Of a DNA stretch of 49,318 bases, positions 18,370 to 26,908 are shown piece after piece. Under the pieces are notes generated by a model, which worked only from the letters and a program-made list of their open reading frames with translations, did not search any database and was not told the origin of the DNA. The position numbers were made by a program, and so were the translations under genes. Source of the stretch: a virus (Duplodnaviria; Caudoviricetes); the IMG/VR virus record IMGVR_UViG_3300023267_000045, positions 1 through 49,318 of that record; one strand, written 5' to 3'. How positions within the stretch are numbered: the stretch's first letter is position 1; every line of letters begins with the position of its first letter.

Positions 18370-19233
18370 TCAGCTCGGACGGGTGACTTCGACGCCCGCG
18401 ACCAGGTCCGGCCGCATGAGCTTGCCGCCGTAGACCTCCAGGCCCTTGACGGCGTCCGCGAAGCCCTTCTCCGGGCGGAACGGCTCGGACTCCGTGATCT
18501 GGTGCGCCATCGAGACCGCACCGGCCACGCCCGCCTGGATGAAGTTCGTGGACCCGGACGGCTTCGGGGTGTTGTTCGACACCACGACCGAGAAGCCTGC
18601 GGTGCGCCCGATCTCGCCGTTCATGAGCACCTGGCCGGAGCCGTACTCGCTGACGCGGGAGAAGTTCGGGTTGCGCTGGAGCAGGCCTCGGTACCACGGG
18701 GGCACGACCGCGTAGCGGCCCTCCTCGGGCATGTCGCTCTCGTCCATCAGGACCTGGAGGTCGACGAGGTTGTAGTAGGCCTGCTTGCCCCACGCCTCTT
18801 CGTCGGTGCCGACGACCGCGAAGTCCGGCAGCACCTGGCCGCTGGGGATCGAGGTGTAGAACGACGCGAGGTAGGTGTCGATGACCTTCGCGATGCCGTA
18901 GCCCGCGCGCTGCATCGACTTGGTCATCAGGTCACCGCGGGCCTGACGCTTGTCGATGTCGTCGACCTCGAAGCTGTAGTACTTCGCCTGGTCGATCTTC
19001 AGCTTGCGAGCGGCGGTGTTGATGCGCTCGGGCAGGACCTCGGTGACGTACGGGGTGTAGTCCTTGATGGTCGGGTCACCGACGGTGTTGACCGTCACGG
19101 TGTCGCCGAACTCGCGGATTTCGCCCTCGTAGTCACGGTTGCAGATCAGGGGCTGGCCGTAGACCAGCTTGGTCTCCAGCGGCGCGACGAGCGCCGCGAT
19201 CCAGACTTCGGGGATGTACGTTGCCACGGACAC
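18370..19233 (-). CDS. Major capsid protein (P22 coat-like family)
   Basis: YIPEVW, NRDYEGEI..FGDTV, LKIDQAKYYSFEVDDID, FADAVKGLEVYGGK. Confidence 0.93.
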   Translation of the reverse strand: MSVATYIPEVWIAALVAPLETKLVYGQPLICNRDYEGEIREFGDTVTVNTVGDPTIKDYTPYVTEVLPERINTAARKLKIDQAKYYSFEVDDIDKRQARGDLMTKSMQRAGYGIAKVIDTYLASFYTSIPSGQVLPDFAVVGTDEEAWGKQAYYNLVDLQVLMDESDMPEEGRYAVVPPWYRGLLQRNPNFSRVSEYGSGQVLMNGEIGRTAGFSVVVSNNTPKPSGSTNFIQAGVAGAVSMAHQITESEPFRPEKGFADAVKGLEVYGGKLMRPDLVAGVEVTRPS

Positions 19234-19359
19234 GGGTTGGATCTCCTCTCCGCGTGGCTGCTTTCATGACGGCCCGCGGAGTTCGGGCGGTTACCTCCGT
19301 GTCCCCGGTGGAGTAGTCCGGGCGTTCCCTCCGATGGCGTGAACGGTGGCCGGGCGGTG

Positions 19360-20076
19360 TTACCCGGTGATCCGGCCCTCGCGGGCGGCGACCTGGAGGT
19401 CGGCCGAGATCGCGCCGAGTTCCTGCTGGGTCATGCCCTTGAGTTCCGCCCGCGTGTAGACGCGCTTGCCGTCCTGCTGGGTGGTGCGGTCCCCGCCGGA
19501 CGCAGCCGGGAGCGCGGAGCCCTTGAACATCGGCGCGGTGGTGAGCGCAGCGTCCACGGCCTGCTGGATGGCGGCGGTGACCGCAGCCGGGTTGGTGCGG
19601 TCGATGTCCTTGAGCGGGCCGAGGTTGACGAGCTTGAGGAACGTGTCGACGTGCTCCTTGCTGACCCCGGCAAGCGCGGCCAGCGACCGGGCGTCGGCGA
19701 GGTCGGCGCGCTGCACTGCGGCGGTGGCCTGCTCCTGCGCGGTCTTGAGCGCGGCGGCGGGGTCGACGGGCGCGTTGGGGTCGGTGATGCCGAAGGCCTC
19801 GGCGAGCCGCTTGTTCTGCGCCGTGCGGTCCTTCTCCAGCCGATCCTTGATCATTCGGTCGACGTCGTCCTGCGTGAACGTCTTGCCCGCATCGGGCGGC
19901 GTCGCCGGGGCCGCGGGCTGGGTGCTCACGGGCGCGGTCGGCACCGCGGGGGACGCGGGCGCGGAGGGCGGCGGGCTGGGGACGGGCGGGGTCACTGCGG
20001 GCGCGGGGGCGCTCGACGGGGCGGCCGGTGCTGCGGGGGTGGCGGGTGCGCCCTGTGGCGCTGCGGGGTTCGTCAC
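19360..20076 (-). CDS. Capsid scaffolding protein
   Basis: Pro/Ala-rich N-terminus, KTFTQDDVDRMIKDRL, helical body; upstream of the capsid gene; start from promoter geometry. Confidence 0.88.
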   Translation of the reverse strand: MTNPAAPQGAPATPAAPAAPSSAPAPAVTPPVPSPPPSAPASPAVPTAPVSTQPAAPATPPDAGKTFTQDDVDRMIKDRLEKDRTAQNKRLAEAFGITDPNAPVDPAAALKTAQEQATAAVQRADLADARSLAALAGVSKEHVDTFLKLVNLGPLKDIDRTNPAAVTAAIQQAVDAALTTAPMFKGSALPAASGGDRTTQQDGKRVYTRAELKGMTQQELGAISADLQVAAREGRITG

Positions 20077-20108
20077 AGGGCACACGGTCACCGCACCGTG
20101 TCACCCGG

Positions 20109-20450
20109 TCAGTCGATGACGCAGCACTTCGCGCCGGTCGCGCTGGAGAAGTTCACGTACACCTTGCCGTCGGCCTGCCTGTAGGCAGGCGGGAAGGGGC
20201 CGAAGAACTTCCCGACCGGGGTGGTCGCCTGCACCGAGCCCACGAGGTCGGTCACGGCCTGGCCCGCGACGAGCACGGGGATGTCGAAGGTCGGGGCGGT
20301 GAGGGTGCCGCTGGTCGTGACCAGGAGGCGGGCGGTCTCGGTCCAGGTGAACTGCATCCCGTTCGGGGACGCGCTGGCGTCGACGTTGGTCATGGTGGGC
20401 TCGGAGCCCGCGGGGGTGGTGTCGAGGACTGCGATGTCGGTACGTGCCAT
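20109..20450 (-). CDS. Putative capsid-associated protein, paralogue of 17985..18353
   Basis: Shares MART...NG...DL...ATT...GPF...QADG..YV. Confidence 0.72.
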   Translation of the reverse strand: MARTDIAVLDTTPAGSEPTMTNVDASASPNGMQFTWTETARLLVTTSGTLTAPTFDIPVLVAGQAVTDLVGSVQATTPVGKFFGPFPPAYRQADGKVYVNFSSATGAKCCVID

Positions 20451-20485
20451 GACCGCGAGGGTCACGGCACGCTGTCACCCAGCGG

Positions 20486-20803
20486 TCAGACGATCGCCCA
20501 GTCGTCCGCGAGCACGTCGGACTGCGAGGCCACCCACGGCACCATCTCGCCGTCGACGGTCTTCATGTCGATGTGCGGCCGGTAGTTCACCTGCGAGCCG
20601 ACCAGTTCGGGCGAGGCCTTGCCCATCGGGCGCGACGCCTCGACGGTGAAGGTGGATCCGGGCACGAGGAACAGGTACATGCCCTTGCCGTTCCAGCCTG
20701 CTCGGGCAACGCGGGCCCCGGTGCGCAGCGCGTCGAGTGCCTTCCCGAAGTCGAGGCCGGTGGACGTGGAAGTGGGGCCGGTGGTGATGGGTCTCGTGGT
20801 CAT
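20486..20803 (-). CDS. DUF2829 / Tad2-like anti-defence protein
   Basis: FGKALDALRTGARVARAGWNGKGMYLFLV...HIDMKTVDGEMVPWVASQSDVLADDW. Confidence 0.88.
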   Translation of the reverse strand: MTTRPITTGPTSTSTGLDFGKALDALRTGARVARAGWNGKGMYLFLVPGSTFTVEASRPMGKASPELVGSQVNYRPHIDMKTVDGEMVPWVASQSDVLADDWAIV

Positions 20804-20891
20804 GTGCCGACCGTGGCGAGCGGCTGTTACCTGGGGCCGACCCTTGGACGCATTCATAGGTGATGGATGTGTGCTTGGTGGGCACGCGAGA

Positions 20892-20918
20892 AGCCCCCGC
20901 CCTTTCGGGTCGGGGGCT
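20892..20918 (-). terminator. Terminator hairpin
   Basis: AGCCCCCG...CGGGGGCT downstream of the stop at 20932. Confidence 0.65.
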
Positions 20919-20931
20919 CTGGCTGGGCCGA

Positions 20932-21162
20932 TCAGGGGCAGTAGCGGCAGGCCCGGTCGACCATGACGGTCTGGGCGACGTCCATGCACATCGGGCAGTC
21001 GGTGCCCTCGGAGCTGGTGCCCTTGAAGGTGATGATCTCGCCGCAGAGGGCCATGACCGGATCGCCAGGGGCGGGGGCGACGAAGCAGAAGGGGCAGCCC
21101 GCGTGGGCGATCTTGTCGGGGCTGGTGGTGGACTGCTCGGTGGTGGTGGCTTCGGCGATCAT
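20932..21162 (-). CDS. Cys-rich DUF3039-like small protein
   Basis: HAGCPFC...GDPVMALCG...DCPMC...ACRYCP; GGAGG RBS. Confidence 0.7.
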   Translation of the reverse strand: MIAEATTTEQSTTSPDKIAHAGCPFCFVAPAPGDPVMALCGEIITFKGTSSEGTDCPMCMDVAQTVMVDRACRYCP

Positions 21163-21199
21163 CTCGTCCTCCGGGGTGGTGTTCTTGGCTGCTGTAACC

Positions 21200-21295
21200 A
21201 TCATGCTCGACTGTCGAGCTTTATGCAACCAGGCGGGGGCGACGCCACCCGAACGGAGCACTGCCCTTGCCTGACGCTCGACAGTCGAGCATCAT
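21200..21295. promoter_or_regulatory. Divergent sigmaA-type promoters, each with a 15-bp palindromic operator in the spacer
   Basis: Minus: TTGCAT-N17-CATGAT; plus: TTGCCT-N17-CATCAT-N7-ATG; GCTCGACWGTCGAGC at 21205-21219 and 21276-21290. Confidence 0.8.
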
Positions 21296-21302
21296 GGGTT
21301 GC

Positions 21303-21536
21303 ATGGCAGACGAACTCTGGACCACCGACCAAGTCGCCGAGCACTGCGGCATCAAACCCAGCGTCGTCAGCAACCGCATGAACCGCCTCGGCGTCCCCGC
21401 CCACGACCGCGAACCAGGCCGCGGCGGACGCAACCGCTACCTCGCCGACCTCGTCACCGCCGCCGTCGCAGCCGCACCCGGCAAAGGCAACCGCACCCCC
21501 CGCAAGAAGAACCCCGCCCCTACGCCAACCCCATGA
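21303..21536 (+). CDS. Small MerR/AlpA-like HTH DNA-binding protein
   Basis: LWTTDQVAEHCGIKPSVVSNRM...GRNRY; leaderless start. Confidence 0.8.
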   Translation: MADELWTTDQVAEHCGIKPSVVSNRMNRLGVPAHDREPGRGGRNRYLADLVTAAVAAAPGKGNRTPRKKNPAPTPTP

Positions 21537-21762
21537 CCCGAGCAGCACGCGCGGCGAAGTCATCCTCAGCCGCCGCGCTCGGGTTCACATCCAGGTAGTG
21601 CAGGTTGTAGTCCGACGGGGTCTTCGCCCGCGCCCGCACCGGATCGAACCGGGCCGCAGCGAGGTGCTCGCCCACCCACTCGTCGTGCAGCGCCGCCAAC
21701 GCACGCAACTGGGCCCGCCGCGCCAACGACGGCGGGACAGGGACGCTCCGGTCTACAGCCAC
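21520..21762 (-). CDS. Small protein, candidate immunity partner of the MuF C-terminal domain
   Basis: LRALAALHDEWVGEH...DYNLHYLDV; start overlaps the stop of 21753..23636 (exact start uncertain). Confidence 0.6.
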   Translation of the reverse strand: MAVDRSVPVPPSLARRAQLRALAALHDEWVGEHLAAARFDPVRARAKTPSDYNLHYLDVNPSAAAEDDFAARAARVMGLA

Positions 21763-23636
21763 AGCACCGCGTTCCAATCCGAGCCCAACATGGCGCTCTT
21801 CCCAAGCCACGGATCCCGACCCGGCCGGCGGCCGAGCTGGCTGATCTCGAACGCCGACGGGAACCCGTCCGACCCGAAAGCGTGCTGCTCGGCACGCGCG
21901 AGCAGCGCCTCCGCGGCCGCGACCTCGTCCGGGCCCACCCCGTCCACGGTCATGTACCGGCGCACCCGCTCCAGCACCCGGCGCGCTTCCCGCTCCTGCT
22001 CGAACTCCCAGCCCTGTCGGGCCCACGTGTAGCCGCCCACGTCTACGTCCGCGTAGGTCTTCACGTACGTCAGCCCCGACGCGAGGTACCACTCGTACAT
22101 CGTGGCGTTGAACGACTTCGCGAACCCCTGACCCTGGAACTCGGGCCCGAGCTGCAAGTACCCGTGGTACGCGGCCACAGCGCCCGCCTCGTCGCGGTAG
22201 AACTCGCGCTGCCACTCGCCCGCGTCCTCCCCGCTGGCCGAGCGGACCCGGCCAGCCACGACCAGCTTGCCCGCCTCGGCCCTTACCTCCGTCGTCTCCA
22301 CCTCGAACCCGGCGTGCGTGCCGTTGAACCGGGCCTCGACCGCGGCTGTGATCGTGCGGGTCTCCTCGTCTGTCGGCTCGCCCACGGGCACCAGGTCGCC
22401 CAGCACGGGGCCGTCGACCTTGTACAGCACCCGCACCGGCTCCTCATCCAGGACCGGACCGACAGGCTCGGACGGCTCCGCTGCGCGCGGGGCTGGAACA
22501 GCAGGCTCCGGGTCGGGCGCTGGCTTGGGTTTCGGGCCCGGCGTCGTGCCAGCGGCCTTGTCGGTCGTGTCGTCCGGCGTGCCCTCCACCGGGCGCTCGC
22601 GTTCGCGCCGCCGGTTGAGCCCGTGCTCTTCGGCGTTGTCCGCGAGTTGCTGGTGCTTCGCTCGGATCTTCCCGCGCAGCGCCCGCGCCGTGCTGGTGTC
22701 CCCGAGCTCCTGCACCGCGGCCAGCCGCCGCTTCAGCTCGCGCACGTCCCGCTCCAGCGCGCGCTGCTTCTGCGCCGCCGCGTACCCGGCCGGGTCCTGC
22801 TTCGGCTCGGGGATACGCGTCAGCCCCGACACGTAGGGGTCCGGCCGGTGGGTGCAGTTCGGGTGCCACAGCCCCGCAGCGACGGCCTCGCCGATCGTGC
22901 CCGCGATCGTGATGCCGTCGACCTCCCCCGACGTGTCGCCGGTGATCGAGAGGAGCTTGCCCTCCCACGGGCGGCACCGCTCGCACTCGCGCGGGCTGTC
23001 CGAGATGACCACTAGGTCCTTGCCGCGGGCGACCATCCCGTCCAACTGGCCCTCGACGGACGCCTGCAGCGCGGCGGTGCGTCCGGCCATGCGCACGTAG
23101 GAGTCCAGGTGCCAGCGCCGCTGACTCCGGTCCTCGAACCGGTCCTGGCCGTCGGCGACGAGCCGGTCCACCGCCTGCGCCACCGCCTCACGGCGGACGA
23201 TCGTCCCGGTCTGCATCAGCGCTTCGGAGTCGCCGATCGCCCGCTGGTACACGTCCTCGTGCGCGCGGATGACCGGGACGAACGTGCCACGCAGTTGCGC
23301 GACGAACCTGCTGACGAGGCGGGCGACCTTGCCGGGCTGCGTGGCGATCTGGCGGCCGAGCACCGCGGCGGTGTCCTCGCCCATCTCGTACGCCGCGCCC
23401 AGCGCGTCGACCGCACGCTCCTCCAGCCCGCTCGACAGGTCGCGTTCCACGATCGCCCGGAGTTCGGAGCGGACGAGCAGGGTCTCGCGGGCCTTGTTCT
23501 CCGCCCACCCGTCCTCGGTGATCCCGCGCGCGAGCCTGCGCGCCACCGTGGCGAGCATCCGCTCGGCAGCCAGGTCCCAGACGTCGACGAGGTTCTTGAC
23601 GGTGCGGGCCGCGTCAGCGGGGTTGACGCCACGCAC
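21753..23636 (-). CDS. MuF-type minor capsid protein with GNAT-like C-terminal extension
   Basis: LDSYVRMAGRT, ECERCRPWEGK, GLWHPNCTH, QKQRALER; Pro-rich linker; LGPEFQGQGFAK...VGGYTWARQGWEF. Confidence 0.88.
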   Translation of the reverse strand: MRGVNPADAARTVKNLVDVWDLAAERMLATVARRLARGITEDGWAENKARETLLVRSELRAIVERDLSSGLEERAVDALGAAYEMGEDTAAVLGRQIATQPGKVARLVSRFVAQLRGTFVPVIRAHEDVYQRAIGDSEALMQTGTIVRREAVAQAVDRLVADGQDRFEDRSQRRWHLDSYVRMAGRTAALQASVEGQLDGMVARGKDLVVISDSPRECERCRPWEGKLLSITGDTSGEVDGITIAGTIGEAVAAGLWHPNCTHRPDPYVSGLTRIPEPKQDPAGYAAAQKQRALERDVRELKRRLAAVQELGDTSTARALRGKIRAKHQQLADNAEEHGLNRRRERERPVEGTPDDTTDKAAGTTPGPKPKPAPDPEPAVPAPRAAEPSEPVGPVLDEEPVRVLYKVDGPVLGDLVPVGEPTDEETRTITAAVEARFNGTHAGFEVETTEVRAEAGKLVVAGRVRSASGEDAGEWQREFYRDEAGAVAAYHGYLQLGPEFQGQGFAKSFNATMYEWYLASGLTYVKTYADVDVGGYTWARQGWEFEQEREARRVLERVRRYMTVDGVGPDEVAAAEALLARAEQHAFGSDGFPSAFEISQLGRRPGRDPWLGKSAMLGSDWNAVLWL

Positions 23637-23639
23637 GGC

Positions 23640-25229
23640 CTACTCCTTGGCCAGGGCGGGAGGCTTCAGCGCGGCGGCCGGCGGCTTGTCGGCGAGCGGC
23701 TTCTTCCCGTCGCCGAACGGCCCCGGCTCGAACCCGGACATCACCGGCGCCATCTCCTTCTCCCGCTCCTTCAGCAGCGCCTTGACTTCCTCGTCCACCT
23801 GGTCGCTGTCCCAGTCCGGGTGCGCCATCGCGACCAGCACCTCCAGCGAAGCCACGCGGGCCCGCGCGAGCAACTCGATCACCTGGGCGTTCTCCAGCGG
23901 GTCAGCGGTGGACTCCTTCCACTCCAGCACCGGCCGCTTCTTGGGCTTCGCGGTGGAGAACTTCGCCGCGCCGATCAGCATCAGCGTCTCGGCGAACCGC
24001 TCGATGGGGTTCTTCGCGTAGCCGCGCTTCAGGTCCTTCGTCTGGTGCGAGCGGATGTCCCGCCGCTTCATCGCCGTCCCGGAGAGCTGGCCGTCGACGT
24101 GCAGGCCGAACGTCTGCGGCGCGAACCCCGCCCTGCTGACGATCTGCTCGACCCAGAACAGCGCGGTCGCCTCGTGCTCGGCGAACCGGATCTCGAACTG
24201 CACCTGGGTGAAAGGCATGGGCTTGCCCGACGAGTCCTCGCCGGGGATGTCCATCCACTCGAACACCTCGGCGTCCACATCGAACGACCGCGCCGGGGTG
24301 GTGTTGCGGCGGCCGAACAACCCACGGCCGCCACCGCCGCCCGAGCCCGCAGCAGAGACCGGATCCATCGCCTCCTTCGACGCCAAGATCCGCGCCTTGC
24401 CGAGCTGGATGTCCCTCATCCACGAGTCAACTGTCTCGTCGAGCATGTCCATCAGCCCCTCGACCCCTTGGAGGTCGGAGCGGCCCATCGGCAGGGTGAT
24501 CAGCGGGTTGGGGAGCAGGTTCGGGATGTACTCGACCAGGACCCGCTTGGGGCGGATCGAGGTCGTGTCGATGACGGCTGGCCGGTTCGCGGTCTCGGGG
24601 TGTTCGGCCAGCGGTCGTGCCGAGCCGACGTTGGTGGTGGTGCCGAGCCACAGTTCGTGGCGGATCTGGCCGGGCTCGTGGTGCTCCAGGTGCCGCCACA
24701 CCTCCGACTTCTCCAGCTGCTTCCATCCGGTCGGCGGCGGGAGTTCCACCACGAACGTCGCGCTGCGCAGCCGCCCGAACCGCCACTCGCCGAGCGCTTC
24801 GTCCGCGGGGACGGCCTGGCCGAGCGGGTGGTCGGCGACCTCCTCGTCCCAGGCCGGGCGCAGGAACGCGCCACCCGTGGGCGACGCGACTTCGAACGCT
24901 TCGCGGACCAGGTTCGCCCAGCCCATCTCGTCCGCGAGCTCGTTCCACGCGGTCTGGGCCTTGTCGTCGTCCTCCCACTTCAGCGTCGGGGCGTCACCGG
25001 CAACGAGGGTGGCGCTGGTGCGGGCGATGTCCGCGGCGAGCGGCACGTGCACCTCGCGGCCGCCGGACTTCTGCGCGCGCCGCGACCAGTAGCCGCCGGG
25101 GGCAAGCACGGGCAGGTAGGCCTTGAGGCAGCGGAGGTCTCCGGACCAGAGGGCCCGCCAGCCGAGCCACCTGTCGCGCATGGTCTGGTGAGCGCGCGGG
25201 GGCCACGGGCTGCCGGGTTCGATGAGCAC
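23640..25229 (-). CDS. Portal protein
   Basis: 529 aa after the terminase; HVPLAADIA, HLEHHEPG, MGRSDLQG, WMRDIQLGK, HPDWD. Confidence 0.9.
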   Translation of the reverse strand: MLIEPGSPWPPRAHQTMRDRWLGWRALWSGDLRCLKAYLPVLAPGGYWSRRAQKSGGREVHVPLAADIARTSATLVAGDAPTLKWEDDDKAQTAWNELADEMGWANLVREAFEVASPTGGAFLRPAWDEEVADHPLGQAVPADEALGEWRFGRLRSATFVVELPPPTGWKQLEKSEVWRHLEHHEPGQIRHELWLGTTTNVGSARPLAEHPETANRPAVIDTTSIRPKRVLVEYIPNLLPNPLITLPMGRSDLQGVEGLMDMLDETVDSWMRDIQLGKARILASKEAMDPVSAAGSGGGGGRGLFGRRNTTPARSFDVDAEVFEWMDIPGEDSSGKPMPFTQVQFEIRFAEHEATALFWVEQIVSRAGFAPQTFGLHVDGQLSGTAMKRRDIRSHQTKDLKRGYAKNPIERFAETLMLIGAAKFSTAKPKKRPVLEWKESTADPLENAQVIELLARARVASLEVLVAMAHPDWDSDQVDEEVKALLKEREKEMAPVMSGFEPGPFGDGKKPLADKPPAAALKPPALAKE

Positions 25230-25319
25230 GGGCGCGAGCGTGCGCGCGAGGTGTCACTCCGTAACGCGTATCCGGCGCGCCGCGACACCCTCTTGATAGA
25301 CAACCCCTGGAGGAAAACG

Positions 25320-25625
25320 ATGTCCCCGCGCATGTACATCCTGCTCGTCGGCGGCCTGCTCACCATCGCCGGACTCATCGCCCTCGTGTTCGCGGTGACC
25401 ATCCCCGCCGACAGCATCATCATCGACAGCATCGACTGCGGCAACGGGTTCGGCATGGTCGACAAGGCCCCGATCGGCGCCCCCTCGGACTGGCGGACCC
25501 AGTGCGACAGCGCGGTCAGCTCCCGGCAGACGTGGGCATGGATCCTCGCGGGCGCTGGCGTGCTCGCGATGCTCGGGTCGCTGGCCGTGAAGACCCCGAC
25601 CCGCGGCGAACCTGCGGCCAGCTAA
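25320..25625 (+). CDS. Two-TM membrane protein with Cys-flanked loop (moron)
   Basis: GGAGG RBS; TM-IDCGNG...TQC-TM; antisense between terL and portal. Confidence 0.8.
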   Translation: MSPRMYILLVGGLLTIAGLIALVFAVTIPADSIIIDSIDCGNGFGMVDKAPIGAPSDWRTQCDSAVSSRQTWAWILAGAGVLAMLGSLAVKTPTRGEPAAS

Positions 25626-26908
25626 GCGGCCTTGGCGCTGGTCTCGGCGAGCGTCGGCAGCCACAGCCGCCACACCGAGCGGGCGGCCATGATCGCGTAG
25701 CGGAGCCCGTCCGGCCCGTGGTCGTTGATCTTCAACGGCTGCTCGTCCTCGCCGCGCTCCAGCGCCTTCTCGTCCCACACGTACGAGCACAGCTGGTCCC
25801 ACAGCACCGGGCACGTCGCCTTGTCGACGAACAGGCGGAGCCCGGCGAACAGCGCCGCGGTCGCCTGCAAGCCGATGTCGACCCGGTTGTCGGCGCCGCG
25901 CACGCTCGGCCACCCGTCCGAGCGGAGCTGCACGCGCAGGGGCGCGGCGCTGGGGTCGAGGATGGTGGCGAACCCGACCGGGGAGTCCTCGAACACCTTC
26001 CCGGCCCACGTCATCATGCGGGCTGACTGCTGCGCGGTGGTGAGCTGGCCCTTCTCGCGTCCGTCGTGCTCCCACTCGGAGACGACGTACAGGGAGTCGC
26101 GGCCGAGGTCGTCGGCGGCCAGCACTAGCGCGACAGCGTGCGTGGAGTTCGAGGTGCCGTAGTCGACGCCCACCCACGCGGCCTGCCACCGGTCCTTCGG
26201 CGGTGCCGTGCGGGTGTGGACCGGCTCGTCGAGCATCCCGTAGATCGCGCCGGTCGCGGCGACCCACTTGCCCTCGATGTTGCGCTGGTACCAGAGCCCG
26301 GTGTTCTCGGCCATCAGGGAGCGCACGTACTCGGGATCGAGGCTGGGGTTGTCGGGCAACCGGAAGTGGAAGCTGATCATGTTCGGCCGGTCCGGATGGC
26401 CCGCAGGCAGGTCGAGCTTCTTGATGTAGTGCTTCATCAACCAGTGCGTCGGCGTGTCCGGGTTGGTGGTCCCGAAGATCCGGGCGCCGCGCACCGAGTT
26501 GCGGGCGAGGAGCTGCCTCCAGAACGCCTCGGGCAGGACGGTGACCTCGTCGACGTACGCGCCCGCGAGGGTGAGGCCGCGGATGACGTTTTCGGCTTTG
26601 GCGTCGTTGGCGCCGATGACGTGGACCAGGCGGCCAAGGATGCGGCAGGTGGTAGCGCCGCGGGTGTAGACGATGCTGCCGGGCTGGACGTCGGCGATGA
26701 CGTCGAGCACGTTCCGGGCGATCGAGTCCTTCGTCTTGCCGATGACGGCCAGCGCGCCGGGCGGGGCGGAGCGGACGTAGAGCAGGAAGGCGATGATCGA
26801 CCCGATCGTCTTCCCGGACCGGACCGCGCCCTCCCAGAGGTTGATGCGGCAGACGGCGTCGAGGATCGAGTCCTTCTGCTTGGTCGACAGCCGGGCGGTG
26901 CTGATCAC
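25622..26908 (-). CDS. terL: Terminase large subunit (PBSX-like)
   Basis: EGAVRSGKT Walker A, AYVDE Walker B, TTNPD, GVDYG, DHGPDGLRYA nuclease motifs. Confidence 0.95.
   Translation of the reverse strand: MISTARLSTKQKDSILDAVCRINLWEGAVRSGKTIGSIIAFLLYVRSAPPGALAVIGKTKDSIARNVLDVIADVQPGSIVYTRGATTCRILGRLVHVIGANDAKAENVIRGLTLAGAYVDEVTVLPEAFWRQLLARNSVRGARIFGTTNPDTPTHWLMKHYIKKLDLPAGHPDRPNMISFHFRLPDNPSLDPEYVRSLMAENTGLWYQRNIEGKWVAATGAIYGMLDEPVHTRTAPPKDRWQAAWVGVDYGTSNSTHAVALVLAADDLGRDSLYVVSEWEHDGREKGQLTTAQQSARMMTWAGKVFEDSPVGFATILDPSAAPLRVQLRSDGWPSVRGADNRVDIGLQATAALFAGLRLFVDKATCPVLWDQLCSYVWDEKALERGEDEQPLKINDHGPDGLRYAIMAARSVWRLWLPTLAETSAKAA

Noticed and set aside
23109-25319. Long plus-strand ORFs opposite structural genes (838 aa here; also 12499..14685, 6238..8031 and others)
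   Set aside because: Shadow frames typical of high-GC DNA; only the 25320..25625 end has an RBS and protein-like sequence.
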